From: Negaprion brevirostris | Taxonomy: Eukaryota | Direction: 5' to 3' | DNA: 64,000 nt | NCBI GenBank assembly: GCA_030324005.1 | Contig: JARDVH010000121.1 | Location: 45,130,365-45,194,364 of the forward strand | Shown here: positions 38,536 to 50,440 of the stretch, piece after piece | Numbering within the stretch: the first letter of the stretch is position 1 | Layout of the letters: the number at the start of each line of letters is the position of its first letter | Made by a program: the position numbers and the translations under genes | The notes under the pieces: model-generated | Database searches by the model: none | Told to the model about the DNA's origin: nothing | The model's input: the letters and a program-made list of their open reading frames with translations, nothing else

Positions 38536-41439
38536 GACAGCCACCCTTGGAGACCCAACTCCAGTAGAACGCACAGTGGTGTCCAGATATGTGCTCAGAC
38601 CTGTACTCTGTCGTTCTAGCCATGAATGCAATGCAGCAGTGGCTAGAAGAGACAAGGACAAGGCACCTCGACCCTTCATGTGCCCCTTCTCAAGGAGTCA
38701 GAGAAGTGACATTGGGTACCCACAAGGAGGAGCATGGCCAGCCAGTTCCCATAAGGACTTCATCCAAAGATACTCCAAGAGTGTCCTGTTGCTCTACCTC
38801 CCCGCTAACAGTGACTCCATTACCCATCACTTCTAGCAGGCCAGGGCCCATTTGGCCTTGGGATACCAGAGGACACCAGCCAAAGTCATCACAGTCAATA
38901 GGATATAGCAGTCAGCAGGCTGCCTCCAACTCAGCTGAGGATATCAGGAGTGCGCCTAAATGTTGTAATAGGAAAAGAACAATAAAGAAGCATTAAAGGC
39001 ACAAACAGTCACACATATAAACACTGTAAATATCAACCAAAATCGTAAATATACGTATAACTGTACCATGTTTATGCTTGTGGCAGTCTCATTATGCTGC
39101 TTATTGCTCAAATGATCATGTGCGGTTATGGCCATTGCCAAGCAACCATGGGTGATGTGGGCCTATGTGATCACCATATATTGTCTCATCGCCTGTTGTG
39201 CAGGACTCCTCAGCTGTGTAGGAGGCATCCTTAATCTTGAATTGAGGCCTAGGTATTGGTGAGGCCTGAGGGTGCTTTGAGAGCAACCACTGCTGCCTCT
39301 TGCTGCTCCAGCTGTTGCTGCTCTTGGTGCTGGTCCAGCCTGAGCCAGTTTCTCCTCAGTTAACCAGGGACAGCAAAATGCCAAGTTTGCCCTCAGCCAT
39401 CATCAAGGGATCCCTAAGGTGCTCTGTGAACACACTGCAGTGACTCATGTAGTCATCCCATTGTCTGAAACTTGCCCTCTGTCCCTGATCAATTCAGCAA
39501 ATTGGAAAGCCTGTATCTAGCATCATTCTACCCTTGTATCACCACCCCACCCGCCCACGCCCCATTCAACTCCATCTCCTNNNNNNNNNNTTCACTCTAT
39601 GAATTGTAGAACTCATCACCACCACACACACCCACCCAGCATGGTGAAGGCTCTACTCGAGGGATACGTATCAGTGCTCTTCTCATTAACACATCTGTGT
39701 GCATGGATACAAGCTGCCTGGACCAGGATCATGAAAGCCATGTACTCACACCCTCCCTCAGACACTACTAAGCAGCTCTCCAAAACCCTTGAGACACTTC
39801 TGATAGACCCTGTCCTTTCCAATCCATTATTTGCCATTACTTACCCAGCCTGGCACATTGGGTCATCCCCCGCCTGGATCCCATTGAACTCTACTTCCCA
39901 CTTCCATCGCTGTACCTGCCTTGGAATAATGCTGGAATAAGAGCTATGAGTTATGGAAGAATGCTGTTGTCTCAGGTGTTTGACTATTGAGCTGAGATCA
40001 CACCTGAGCATGGTTTTCCATCTAGCTGACTAATGATTATTAAGCGCCCCGTTACTTGGCCCACTAAGTATGCCAGTAACTTCACTCATCATTGAAGACC
40101 TCCTCTCACCTTGAGTCCTGACACTTAGCGTGGAACCACATTGCAACATTGTGAGTTAAACAATGCTGTGCGTTTCCCATAGATGAAGGTCCAGCACCTT
40201 CAACTCTCCTGCTGTCACCCATCAAGTTCCCTCTATTTTCCTTCACTAACATCCCATTATTCTTAATCTCCCCCCATTTGTCTTGCATCTCTTCCTGTTA
40301 CCTTTCACCCTATTACACTTTATATCTTTATCTTTGCTCTCCCCCGAGCCCTTAACCTTCCAAATTTAGATGCCCATTCTGATCGTGACCCCTCCATCCT
40401 TGAGGTCACTGTTAACCTGACTTTTTACAATCACCCCCANNNNNNNNNNNNNNNNNNNNNNNNNNNNNNNNNNNNNNNNNNNNNNNNNNNNNNNNNNCCT
40501 TGTTGTCACCCCAACTATACCCTCTGCCTCCAGTACTCCACTCTTAACTCTCAGGATCATTCATGGATCCATCCTTTAAATGTTTTCCTCTGCCACTACT
40601 ACCTCCATCCAGACAGCCACTCTCCCAACCAAAAGTATGACCAATGTCTGCTTGAGCGGATCTCCTAGCCATAGGCATTCTGGACAACTTCTCACTGGAG
40701 AATCTGTACTCTCCCTCCCCAAACAACCTGCACTATCCCTTCCACCTTTGCCTGGCCACTGCTCCACCCTTTCCCATTAGGCCTCCCTCCTCTGGTCATC
40801 CTCTACTGCCACCACCACCTAGGTCTGAAGCCTAGGCTGGCACTTACAGGTGCTCCCTAAAGAGGATAATGCACTGCAACTCACTGCTAATCATGGAGCA
40901 AGCCAACCTTGCCAATCGGGAACTGATCCCTGGCCTCATGCAAAATTAAGTTCCCCATCCTCAAAACTTCTTACTCCTGGTGGGGGTGGAAGATTCTGCC
41001 CTAGGTTGCTGCCGTCTGAAGCCAAGTCCTCTCCAGTCTGAGTATCTAGGAATCCTTACCAAGCACATCTCATGAGAGCCAAAGCACTCTTCCAATGACC
41101 ACATTAAAGCCATGAGGGAAACACCTTGATGCTTGAGGCAAGCACCATAATAATTAAGAGGAAATATTCGCACCGGTGGTTCTCACCAGGAAGATAATTC
41201 ACAAATAGGGTATTGCCATAAGCCAATACATTCAACTTTTCAAAAAAAATTGTACAGGGAGTGTTTTTGCCATAGCTGGTGACCTTGCAATGTTGGTTAA
41301 CATGAATATCAATGTTAGTTGGTGGGTGAATGCAGTTGATTTGAGGTTGAAAGGACTGGAGAGATGACAGACAATTGTTAATGCAGGGAGGATGGATTTG
41401 CTGAATTCTAGTACTCTTAAATGAATTGCTTCTAAAAAG

Positions 41440-42300
41440 CTCTCACTTGCAATTCCTGGACATTCTTAAAGTCATCAATGCCCTATTCATTGTCACGCTG
41501 AAGGTCACAATAGTGGATCAAAGTTGTGTGGCACACAGCAAATCACGAACTCCCAGAAGGGATTCTTCTGGGCTATACTGCAGACTGTCACTAGACATGT
41601 CAGGCATCGGAACTGACCTTTGACTAATCGATTCATTCTGCAGCTGAATACGGATTCCTAACAGGAGCCATGGGTTCAGTGTGCAGGTGATAGCCCTTGT
41701 GTCCACACAGTTAGACTCTCGGTCTTGCACAGAGGCAAGAGGTTTAGAGATTGAAGATTCATACAGTATATAAGGGCCATGGTAGCATTGCTGATGGTCA
41801 ATCACCAGTTACACATTAATTGACAATGAAGCCCTTACGATTCATGAAGATGGTTGGTTTGTATGAAGGACTGTGTAAAATCACACGGGTCCAGTTGATG
41901 ATGCCTGGGCATGGATAAATGCTGTAATCTGTGCAAAGCCCTGAGCACTATCCAGTGCTTATTGAGGAGGCAACTCATGAATATGATTGCTCTGGAAAAT
42001 GAAGCATCAGTCACCTGCTTCATGTAAACATGGCCTGCAGACTAACTGACCTTGCCAATATTTCCTCTGACAATCTGTGAGAAGCCAGAGGCAAAGAAGT
42101 TCAGGACCATAGTAACCTTGACTGGAGCTGACAATGCTGCACGAGCTGTGGCAGCCGATTGCAGCTGATATTGCAGGAGGTGACCAATTTTGTTGCAGGC
42201 TCCTTCAAGAAACGCAGCTTCCCTATGCACTGCTTTTCAAAGAACTACAGATATGCTGTACTGGGTCCGTCAACTCTGTTGAGAGGGTAAAAATTCCCGA
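41440..42300 (-). pseudogene. Decayed PIF/Harbinger (HARBI1-like) DDE transposase
   Basis: Collinear fragments ALSAPVKVTMVLNFFASGFSQ, MKQVTDASFSRA, FMNRKGF...INV-LVIDHQQ, GHKGYHL (GDKGYPL-like) and LQYSPE; many frameshifts. Confidence 0.82.
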
Positions 42301-43219
42301 GAGCACACCTTCGCCTATTTTCTCTCTCTGGCTAGGGCTCCGTTTTCTCTATCTTCCTACTCTTCTTCCCAAAGTGGAATTCCTAGGAGGACACCCATGA
42401 AGAAAGTAATAAAATGTGCAAGGCCCTTTTTCAGTTCAGAATACCCAGCAGAAGCTACAAGCACTTTTCAATTGTTTTAGAAAAGAAAAACATCATCAAT
42501 TATTTCAAGGAAAAAAAACTTTCAGAATTCTACACCAAAATTTCCTGAGACCAGTCACCAGCCGCATAAATATAACTGGAAAAGACTGGTCGGTGCGCAA
42601 TAAGTGGTAATAACACGGGAAGAGGCAAAAATGGCAGCAAGGTCCAAAGCACACACTTGAGCCATTTCAGTTTAGATTTATGGTTGCCAGCATACATGTT
42701 TGACAAAAAAAAATCAGAATGGTTATCAGTAAGTCAGTGGTCCTAAGTGTTACATTACATTATCTTTGTTACATTACTCCTCGATTTCTAAAAGCTAGTG
42801 CGACAGTCACGAGACAAGAACCCTCATCATTTTGTTTTACTCAGACATCTGTCAACACAGTTTCTCTGATTTCCTGTTAGTGACACCATTTATTTTAGCA
42901 GGGTAATTTTTAAAAAATTGAATCTCACACTGGGCCAGTCTTAACAGTCTCACGTTGGGTTTGCGATGGTAAACAGACACTGCATATGGTCTTTCAAGGC
43001 ACTTTCCAATTCTCGCATTTTAGGCAGAACTTGTTGAACCTCTTACATTTTCCCATCAAAACAGTCACAATTAAAGCCTCACAAAATGTCACCTTTGCAA
43101 GAATTTTCAGCAGAAGACAATTATGGAAAAGTGGAAATCTTCATTAAAATCACACTTGAAATTTGGGTTGACTGTTAGTTTCTCTACCAAATGATCAACA
43201 TCTTTACCCTACGTTTTTC

Positions 43220-43357
43220 CTTACGACTCTCATCAACTTTTACAGATGCTACCTTAGAAAGCATCTTTTCTGGTTGTATCACAGCTTGGTATGGCTCCTG
43301 CTTTGCCCCAGACTACAAGAAACTATAAAAGGTTGTGAATGTAGTCCAATCCATCCA
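43220..43357 (+). mobile_element. Rex1/Babar LINE fragment running into a 623-nt N-run
   Basis: actctcatcaacttttacagatgc...ggttgtatcacagcttggtatggctcctgc encodes TLINFYRC...SGCITAWYGSC. Confidence 0.75.
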
Positions 43358-45204
43358 NNNNNNNNNNNNNNNNNNNNNNNNNNNNNNNNNNNNNNNNNNN
43401 NNNNNNNNNNNNNNNNNNNNNNNNNNNNNNNNNNNNNNNNNNNNNNNNNNNNNNNNNNNNNNNNNNNNNNNNNNNNNNNNNNNNNNNNNNNNNNNNNNNN
43501 NNNNNNNNNNNNNNNNNNNNNNNNNNNNNNNNNNNNNNNNNNNNNNNNNNNNNNNNNNNNNNNNNNNNNNNNNNNNNNNNNNNNNNNNNNNNNNNNNNNN
43601 NNNNNNNNNNNNNNNNNNNNNNNNNNNNNNNNNNNNNNNNNNNNNNNNNNNNNNNNNNNNNNNNNNNNNNNNNNNNNNNNNNNNNNNNNNNNNNNNNNNN
43701 NNNNNNNNNNNNNNNNNNNNNNNNNNNNNNNNNNNNNNNNNNNNNNNNNNNNNNNNNNNNNNNNNNNNNNNNNNNNNNNNNNNNNNNNNNNNNNNNNNNN
43801 NNNNNNNNNNNNNNNNNNNNNNNNNNNNNNNNNNNNNNNNNNNNNNNNNNNNNNNNNNNNNNNNNNNNNNNNNNNNNNNNNNNNNNNNNNNNNNNNNNNN
43901 NNNNNNNNNNNNNNNNNNNNNNNNNNNNNNNNNNNNNNNNNNNNNNNNNNNNNNNNNNNNNNNNNNNNNNNNNNNNNNNNACTGGGCACTTCTAGCTGCT
44001 TGTTGCAAATGTTTCAGCCATATCTTTTGCACTGATGCACTAAGCTGCCAGCTTTGTGGAGCTGGGATAAAGGTAATCATACAATCTCATGTGGACTTAC
44101 GACATTAACGCAAGCAACATTGCTTATCCCTAAACTCATATATACCATAACTGAACCTCTGATCCCACTGAATAACTTGTGGACCCGCTTTCCAATCTGG
44201 TGTTGCCTCAATTTTGTGCTGCCAACCATCATGCCGGTTTGGCATCACAATCCTGACCCCAAGTTATTTTTAGACAGGCCAGATTGGGGTTGCATTGGCT
44301 GCTGGCCAGCCAGTGACAGGTCGCTAATTAGGGGGAAATTAATTATGGACCTATGAAGGCCCTGTTACTGCACTAACAGGGATTTCCGGTCCACAATATG
44401 GGTTAGAAACACCGGCCCTGACCACAGCCAGAAAGCTGGAGGGCTCACGTTGGGAAAATCCACGATTGATCCCGTGAGGGACCCGCTCATCCCACACACC
44501 CTCCACCCACTCCTTCCCACTGCTCTATGCTCCCCTCCCCACACACGTCTCCACCTGCACCATTCAGGGCACCCAAGCTACAGCTGCGGCTGCTGGCTAT
44601 GCCTTGGAGAGGTTGTCTTTCTGTAACCATGGCCAGGCAGCTATAGCCATTTTAAATTAAAGAAGAACAGACCTCTTCTTCAGAAGGCACATTCATGTTA
44701 AGGCTCCATTTCTCTCCTTGTCACAACATTCAGCTCCCATCTTGGCCCGTGCCGGATGGCTTCTTATTGCCCTGCCAGCCTGGCAGACCCAGGAGAATCT
44801 GGTCTCTGCCATTAATTCGTCGAACCCTTTAACAATCCATTCTTGGGACACGCTCTGCAGGTTAAGACCCCGAAACAGGTCCCAACTTTGGGTCCCCAAA
44901 TCCTGACTGAAAATCCAACCCCTGNNNNNNNNNNNNNNNNNNNNNNNNNNNNNNNNNNNNNNNNNNNNNNNNNNNNNNNNNNNNNNNNNNNNNNNNNNNN
45001 NNNNNNNNNNNNNNNNNNNNNNNNNNNNNNNNNNNNNNNNNNNNNNNNNNNNNNNNCTCAGCCTCTTTGGAGGTCCCGAGCATCACACATACTAGTCTTC
45101 AGTCAATTCAATTCACAGTACACGATATTAAGAAACAACTGAGGGAACTGGATATTGTAAAGGCTATGGGCCCTGACATTTTCTGGTTGAAGACTTGTGC
45201 TCCA

Positions 45205-45840
45205 GAACAGACCCCTGGTCAAACTGTTCCAGAATAGCTACAACACTGGCATCTACCTGGCAGTGTGGAAAATTGGCTGTGTGTTTCCTGTAAACAAAAA
45301 GCAGGACTAATTCAACCAGGCCAATTACCACCTCATTGGTTTATTCTCGATCATCAGCAAACTGATAGAAGAATTGATAGAACAGATAGCAACAGTGCTA
45401 TCAAGAAGCACTCGCTTAGCAATAACTTGCTCACTGACTCTCACTTCGAGTTCCACCAAAGTCACTCAGCTTTTGACCGCATTATAGCCTTGTTTCAAAC
45501 ATGGACAAAAAAGCTGAAAGCCAGTGGTGAGGTGAGAGTGACTGCCTTTGAGATCAAAACGCCATTTGACCAAGTATGGCATCAAGGAGTATGGCGTCTA
45601 GCAAAACTGGAGTTAATGGAAAACAGGGAGAAAACTCTCCACTGGTTGGAGTCATACTTAGCCCAAAGAAAGATGGTTGTGATTGTTGGAGGTCCAACTT
45701 CTCAGCTTCAGGAATCACTGCTGGAGTTCATCAAGGTAATGTCCTTGGCCCAATCACCTTCAGCTTCTTCATCAATGACCTTTCTTCCATCATAAGGTTA
45801 GAAGTGGGATGTTCACTGATGACTGCGCGATGTTCAGCAT
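45205..45840 (+). mobile_element. CR1-group LINE RT region; resumes at about 46883-47056 and 47350-47730
   Basis: ORF 45265..45795 GEVRVTAFEIKTPFDQVWHQG...LHWLESYLAQRKMVV; downstream pieces are collinear and end in the family tail. Confidence 0.85.
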
Positions 45841-46688
45841 GTGACACTACTGTGCCTTTAAGAAATGTATTTTTTTAAATCATGTTCTCTGCAGTTATAA
45901 GCAGTTTTGTTTCTTTTTATTGTGGCACCAGCTGCCTGCTTAGATATCCTTTTATTGCTGCTAAATGAATTAAATGGGGTCTTGTTTATTTTTAACCTGG
46001 ACCTAATGCATTCTCTGGGACTTTAGGACCCTTTTTGAAGTGTTGTGGGAAAATTGATTCACAGGTCAGGTGGGACAGTTTTTGTTTTCCTTTCACATGA
46101 GTTCTTAATTTCAGGTTTGGTTGCTCGCCAGTAAGAAGGTGTGTGGAAGCCAAATCGACAACTGGTATCAGAAATTCTGCTGGCTAATCTAGAAGTAGTC
46201 TTTTTTACTTTTTGGAGTGAAAATTTTGTTCGTGGTGGCTTGCTAATTAGAGGCAAAAGTGGCATTATCTTTACCCCGAGGTGGGCTGGTAGCTACAGTG
46301 ACTGGAAGTCAAGAGTTTCAATTCTCTATCCACAGGACTAACTTGCAGCAAGTGTTGCACTGCTAGAATATTCAGCATCATGTGAACATTCTTATTTTCT
46401 GGACTAAGCCTAAGGGACAGGTGTATGTTTATAGGAGGTTTGCTGTGCTGGAACAGTGCATTTAGCTGTTAAGGTTTATACAATATCATGTTTCTTTCTC
46501 TTGTTTGTAATTGTTAAAAGTTTTTGTTAACTTTCCTTCTGTGTATTAACTGTATGCTTAAATAAGCTTTGAGTAAAGCTCCTTAGTGGGTTATTTGAAT
46601 CACATCTGCAGTGAAGCATCTTAAGCTTATCCATGCCACATTCAAAGTGTAAAACTTACGGTCCAGGCTGACTTCATAAAATACCTTG
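45840..46688. mobile_element. Probable solo LTR inserted in the CR1 LINE
   Basis: Non-coding block starting TGTGACAC that abruptly interrupts the LINE, with an AATAAG/T-rich 3' part. The right end is lost in an N-run, so the CA end and TSD cannot be seen. Confidence 0.4.
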
Positions 46689-47057
46689 NNNNNNNNNNNN
46701 NNNNNNNNNNNNNNNNNNNNNNNNNNNNNNNNNNNNNNNNNNNNNNNNNNNNNNNNNNNNNNNNNNNNNNNNNNNNNNNNNNNNNNNNNNNNNNNNNNNN
46801 NNNNNNNNNNNNNNNNNNNNNNNNNNNNNNNNNNNNNNNNNNNNNNNNNNNNNNNNNNNNNNNNNNNNNNNNNNNNNNNNNNCCACGGCTGAATCCCCCA
46901 TTATCAACATCCTAGAGGTTACCATTGACCAGGAGCTGAACTGGACTGGCTATCTAAATACTGTGGCTGCAAGGCCAGGTCAGATGCTTGGAATCCATAT
47001 CAAAGCAACCCATTTGATTGGCATCCCATTAACAAACATTCAATCCCTCCACCACTG

Positions 47058-47347
47058 TTTAGTTTATTTATTGGTGTCACAAGGCTTACATTCACACCGC
47101 AGTGAAGTTACCGTGAAAATCCCCTACTTGCCACACTCTGGTGCCTGTTCGGGTACACTGAGGGAGAATTTAGCACAGCCAATGCACCTAATCAGCACAT
47201 CTTTCAGACTGTGGGAGAAGACCGGAGCACCTGGAGGAAACCCATCCAGTCATGGGGAGAACGTGCAAAATCTTCACATACAGTGACCCAAGCCAGGAAT
47301 CAACCCCAGGACCCCGGTGCTATGAGGCAGTAGTGCCACCATGCCAC
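47058..47347 (-). mobile_element. HE1-type V-SINE (variant tail) nested in the CR1 3' end
   Basis: ttgccacactctggtgcctgttcgggtacactgagggagaattt...ggagcacctggaggaaaccc. Confidence 0.88.
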
Positions 47348-48329
47348 GCACTCATTGACACACAATGGCAGCAATATGCACCATCTGCAAGATGCACTGC
47401 TGAAACTCACCAAGAATCCTTAGACAGCACCTTCCAAACTCACGACCTCTACCATCTAGAAGGGCAAGGGCAACAGATGCATGGGATCAGAAACATCTGG
47501 AAACTGCCCTCCAAGCCACTCACCATCCTGACTTAGAAATATATCCTGTTCCTTCACTGTCACTGGGTCAAAATCCTTNNNNNNNNNNNNNNNNNNNNNN
47601 NNNGGTGTACTTACACCACATCAACTGCAGCAGTTCAAGGCGGTGGCTCACTACCATCTTCTCTCGTGCAACTAGGGATGAGCAATGAATGCTGGCCTAG
47701 CCAGTGATGCCCACATCCCTTGAATGAGTAAAAAAGAAGTAGCTTGGGAAGTTGAGTTGCTGGAATGAATCTTTGACAATAATCCCAATAAATGGTTCAT
47801 TTGATTATTTTGTCCCCATTCATTTTAATTCCCCACACGCCAAGTTTCTAAGTCTTCTGCTAAATACCAAAAACAGAATTTTACAGATGGTGGGGTTTCC
47901 CACCCCATCACCCAAAGAATCAGCAGGGAACTCTGATGCCAGCTTCCCCATAGCCATTTAGGATTGTTGATTGAGTCAAGGTAGGATTTCTGCACCTCAA
48001 TCAGGAGAAAATCCTGCCTCAGAGAGCATCCAGCCTATCAGATTGGCTGCCAATTCTGTAGTTTCAGCAGCTGCATCAGAAGCGATGGTCACTGCTGGGA
48101 CTAAAGGCAGGAGCTCAGTGAGGAACAGGTAGGTGTGGAGTCTCACGGCAGGAAGGTGTGATAACCCCCATGAGTTCCATGGGGAATCTCTAATTGATCG
48201 CCCTGTGAGGCTCAGTGAATACAAGTTCCCGTGGTAAGAGGCAATGGCCTGCCCTGGTGGAACCCGTCACCAGAACCCTTGATAAGGGAGAGACTGGGAA
48301 AGGTCTGCAGAATTATTGTCCCGGTTGGG

Positions 48330-49045
48330 ATTTATGTATGTACGCCATGGAGCAGTGGCTTAATTTTGTGTTTAACAGTAAGTACCATTCCTTTCCAGTC
48401 ATACTTCTTGAGTTTTACATTGGTGACGAGGAACAAGGAACGTTTCATTTAAGTTTGCCTTTCAACAAACCCTGGTAAGTAATGGGGAAATTTGAAAATG
48501 CCGCTTCGGAAATTTGGAACCATGGGCGGCACAGTGGCACAGTGGTTAGCGCCGCTGCCTCTCTACACCAGGGACCTGAGATCGATTCCCGACATGGGTC
48601 ACTGTCTGTGCGGGGTCTGCACATTCTCTCTGTGTCTGTGCGGGTTTCCTCCAGGTGCTCCAGTTTCCTCCCATGTCTGAAAGACATGCTGGCTCGGTGC
48701 ATTGGCCATGTTAAATTTTCCCTCGGCGTACCCGAACAGGTGCCGGAGTGTGGCGACTAGGGGACTTTCACAGTAACGTCATTGCAGTGTTAATATAACG
48801 TCATTGTAGTGTGACTAATAAATAAAGTATGATGTAGGTGACGAGGATAGGCCCCAGTACTTCTTCCAGGCAAAATGGATGGATGGGGACAACCAGCAAA
48901 AAAGATCATCCTCTTGACAGCTTGTGGGGCCCAAACTTCCAAAACCATGAACAGTAGACTCTACCTGGCAGCCCCAGATTTAAAATCCTTCAATAAACTG
49001 ACAGGTCTGATAGTGAACCACTACGATCCCGAACTATCACTACAC
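48330..49045 (+). mobile_element. Gypsy LTR-retrotransposon relic (LTR end, PBS, start of gag)
   Basis: ...ttttaca t TGGTGACGAG (PBS-like, 48421) and gag-like peptide KIILLTACGAQTSKTM...APDLKSFNKLTGLIVNHYDPE (ORF 48875..49141); split by a SINE. Confidence 0.7.
48523..48826 (+). mobile_element. Full-length HE1-type V-SINE (variant tail)
   Basis: gggcggcacagtggcacagtggttagc head, V-domain, tail ending aataaataaa. Confidence 0.9.
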
Positions 49046-49299
49046 TGGCCTTTTGATATTGGAAAGCACATCTTGGCATTGGCAACAGTATTCTGGGCTG
49101 GTTCTCTGAGGGGCAACAGCAAGGCAGTAGTGGAAACATGAATACTATCATTCTGAGAGGTTTGTATTCCATTACGCCACATGTGCTGCTGGAGCACAGA
49201 TTGCTGGACTGATGTGAGAGGCTGTTCACCACGATAGGACTGATACCTACAGTCACGATAGCAGCATTCTGAATCTGCATAGCAGCAACATGGATGTCA

Positions 49300-50440
49300 T
49301 GACCTCGGTCTTAGTTTTGATTCGACACATAGATCACAGAGACATTGGATAGCTTCCATTTGTGTTGCAGAGGAAGCTAAGACAGCAGTCAACAGACACA
49401 GCATCACATCTGGGTCTGCTAGTGTTAATGCGGAGTAGACAGCTATAGTCTGATGGAGCTGAACTCCCCTATGTTCCCTGATATTTGCATAGGCTGTCTG
49501 GCAGGCTAGCCAATGTACCCAAGCATCTCAAAGTACATCATCAACAACATTCTCCTTGATGCTGCCCCTGAACTCCTCATGTGAGACGTATGTAACAACA
49601 CTTGTCAGGGACTTCGCCCTCCAGTGAGCTATTCTTTTCCACTGCCTTGCCACAGCCCATTAGCCCATTAATGCCCACTATTTCACCACATGCTGATCCA
49701 GTGCCTATGCTGCCACCAAGGTGTGTGCGACGCTATTATTTGCTGTGACTGGCCTGCCAGCAGTTCCTGAATTTTTGCAAGTATAAGATCAGAGTTAGGG
49801 CCAGGGTGGGGAGGTGTCAGTGGTGTTGTTGGGGTGGGCATTGATGATGGGGTGTAGAGCAGGTGGTACATCTACAGATGGTACATTATGTCAGACACCA
49901 GGATGAGAGTGAGCTAGGAATTGAGAAGGGGCAAAAGGCAGGAACATTTCACCCTCCTGAAAGTTCTCAGTGATGCAAGATGCGACGGGCTTTGTTATGA
50001 TATAGAGCACAATTTCCTCCATCAGGCTCAGAGATGAAAGTGTGCCTGGCCTCCGCAACGCAGTTTGCTGGTGCTTCCCTTTATTTCACCACAACTTATT
50101 ATCCTGTAGGAGAGAGCAAAGTACGACAACTAGTGAGCTGTAATGTATTTGGGTGATGTGACCCACATAACTGAATAGCTAATGTACAGGAAGTGAGAGG
50201 TGGGTGTGAGGCTGGCATCATTGAAAGGTGTCTGAAGATGAGCCGGAACATCTGAATATTAGTCCTGAATGCTAAGGACTGCTGATGGGTGAAAATGTAT
50301 ATTGGGCAGGGTGGGAGGTTGGTGGTGTAGGAGTGATGGGGTTTTGTGCAAGGATACATTCACTGACACTGATTATCTACATGAGGTTGTTAAACTTCTT
50401 CAAGCATTGCTGCCAAGTCATCGGCATCAAACTCCTTGGG
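49300..50440 (-). pseudogene. Second decayed Harbinger Myb/SANT gene fragment
   Basis: PRSLMPMTWQQCLKKFNNLM (50377-50435) is a trihelix third-helix motif. A GGQAH...SLMEEIVL block (about 50000-50105) follows an acceptor cctacag. Confidence 0.55.

Larger units (their letters stand above)
36560..39000 (+). pseudogene. Decayed Harbinger-type Myb/SANT (trihelix) gene, interrupted by SINE and LINE insertions
   Basis: Frameshifted APQFNEA-ETLLQAIQERPLVLSP and WMDITAEINNYGVHSRKAKQCQ*RVNDLLRS (about 36604-36815); next block KERSKAGGGIPEIRFLIPSEELVAEI (about 37125-37205). Confidence 0.7.

Noticed and set aside
41440-42300. Domesticated HARBI1/NAIF1-type host gene pair
   Set aside because: Both genes carry stops, frameshifts or insertions and the catalytic motifs are degraded; these are transposon relics.
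43274-44108. Long ORFs of 236-257 aa (similar cases at 17792, 31393, 44843, 46674)
   Set aside because: Artefacts of translating through N-runs.
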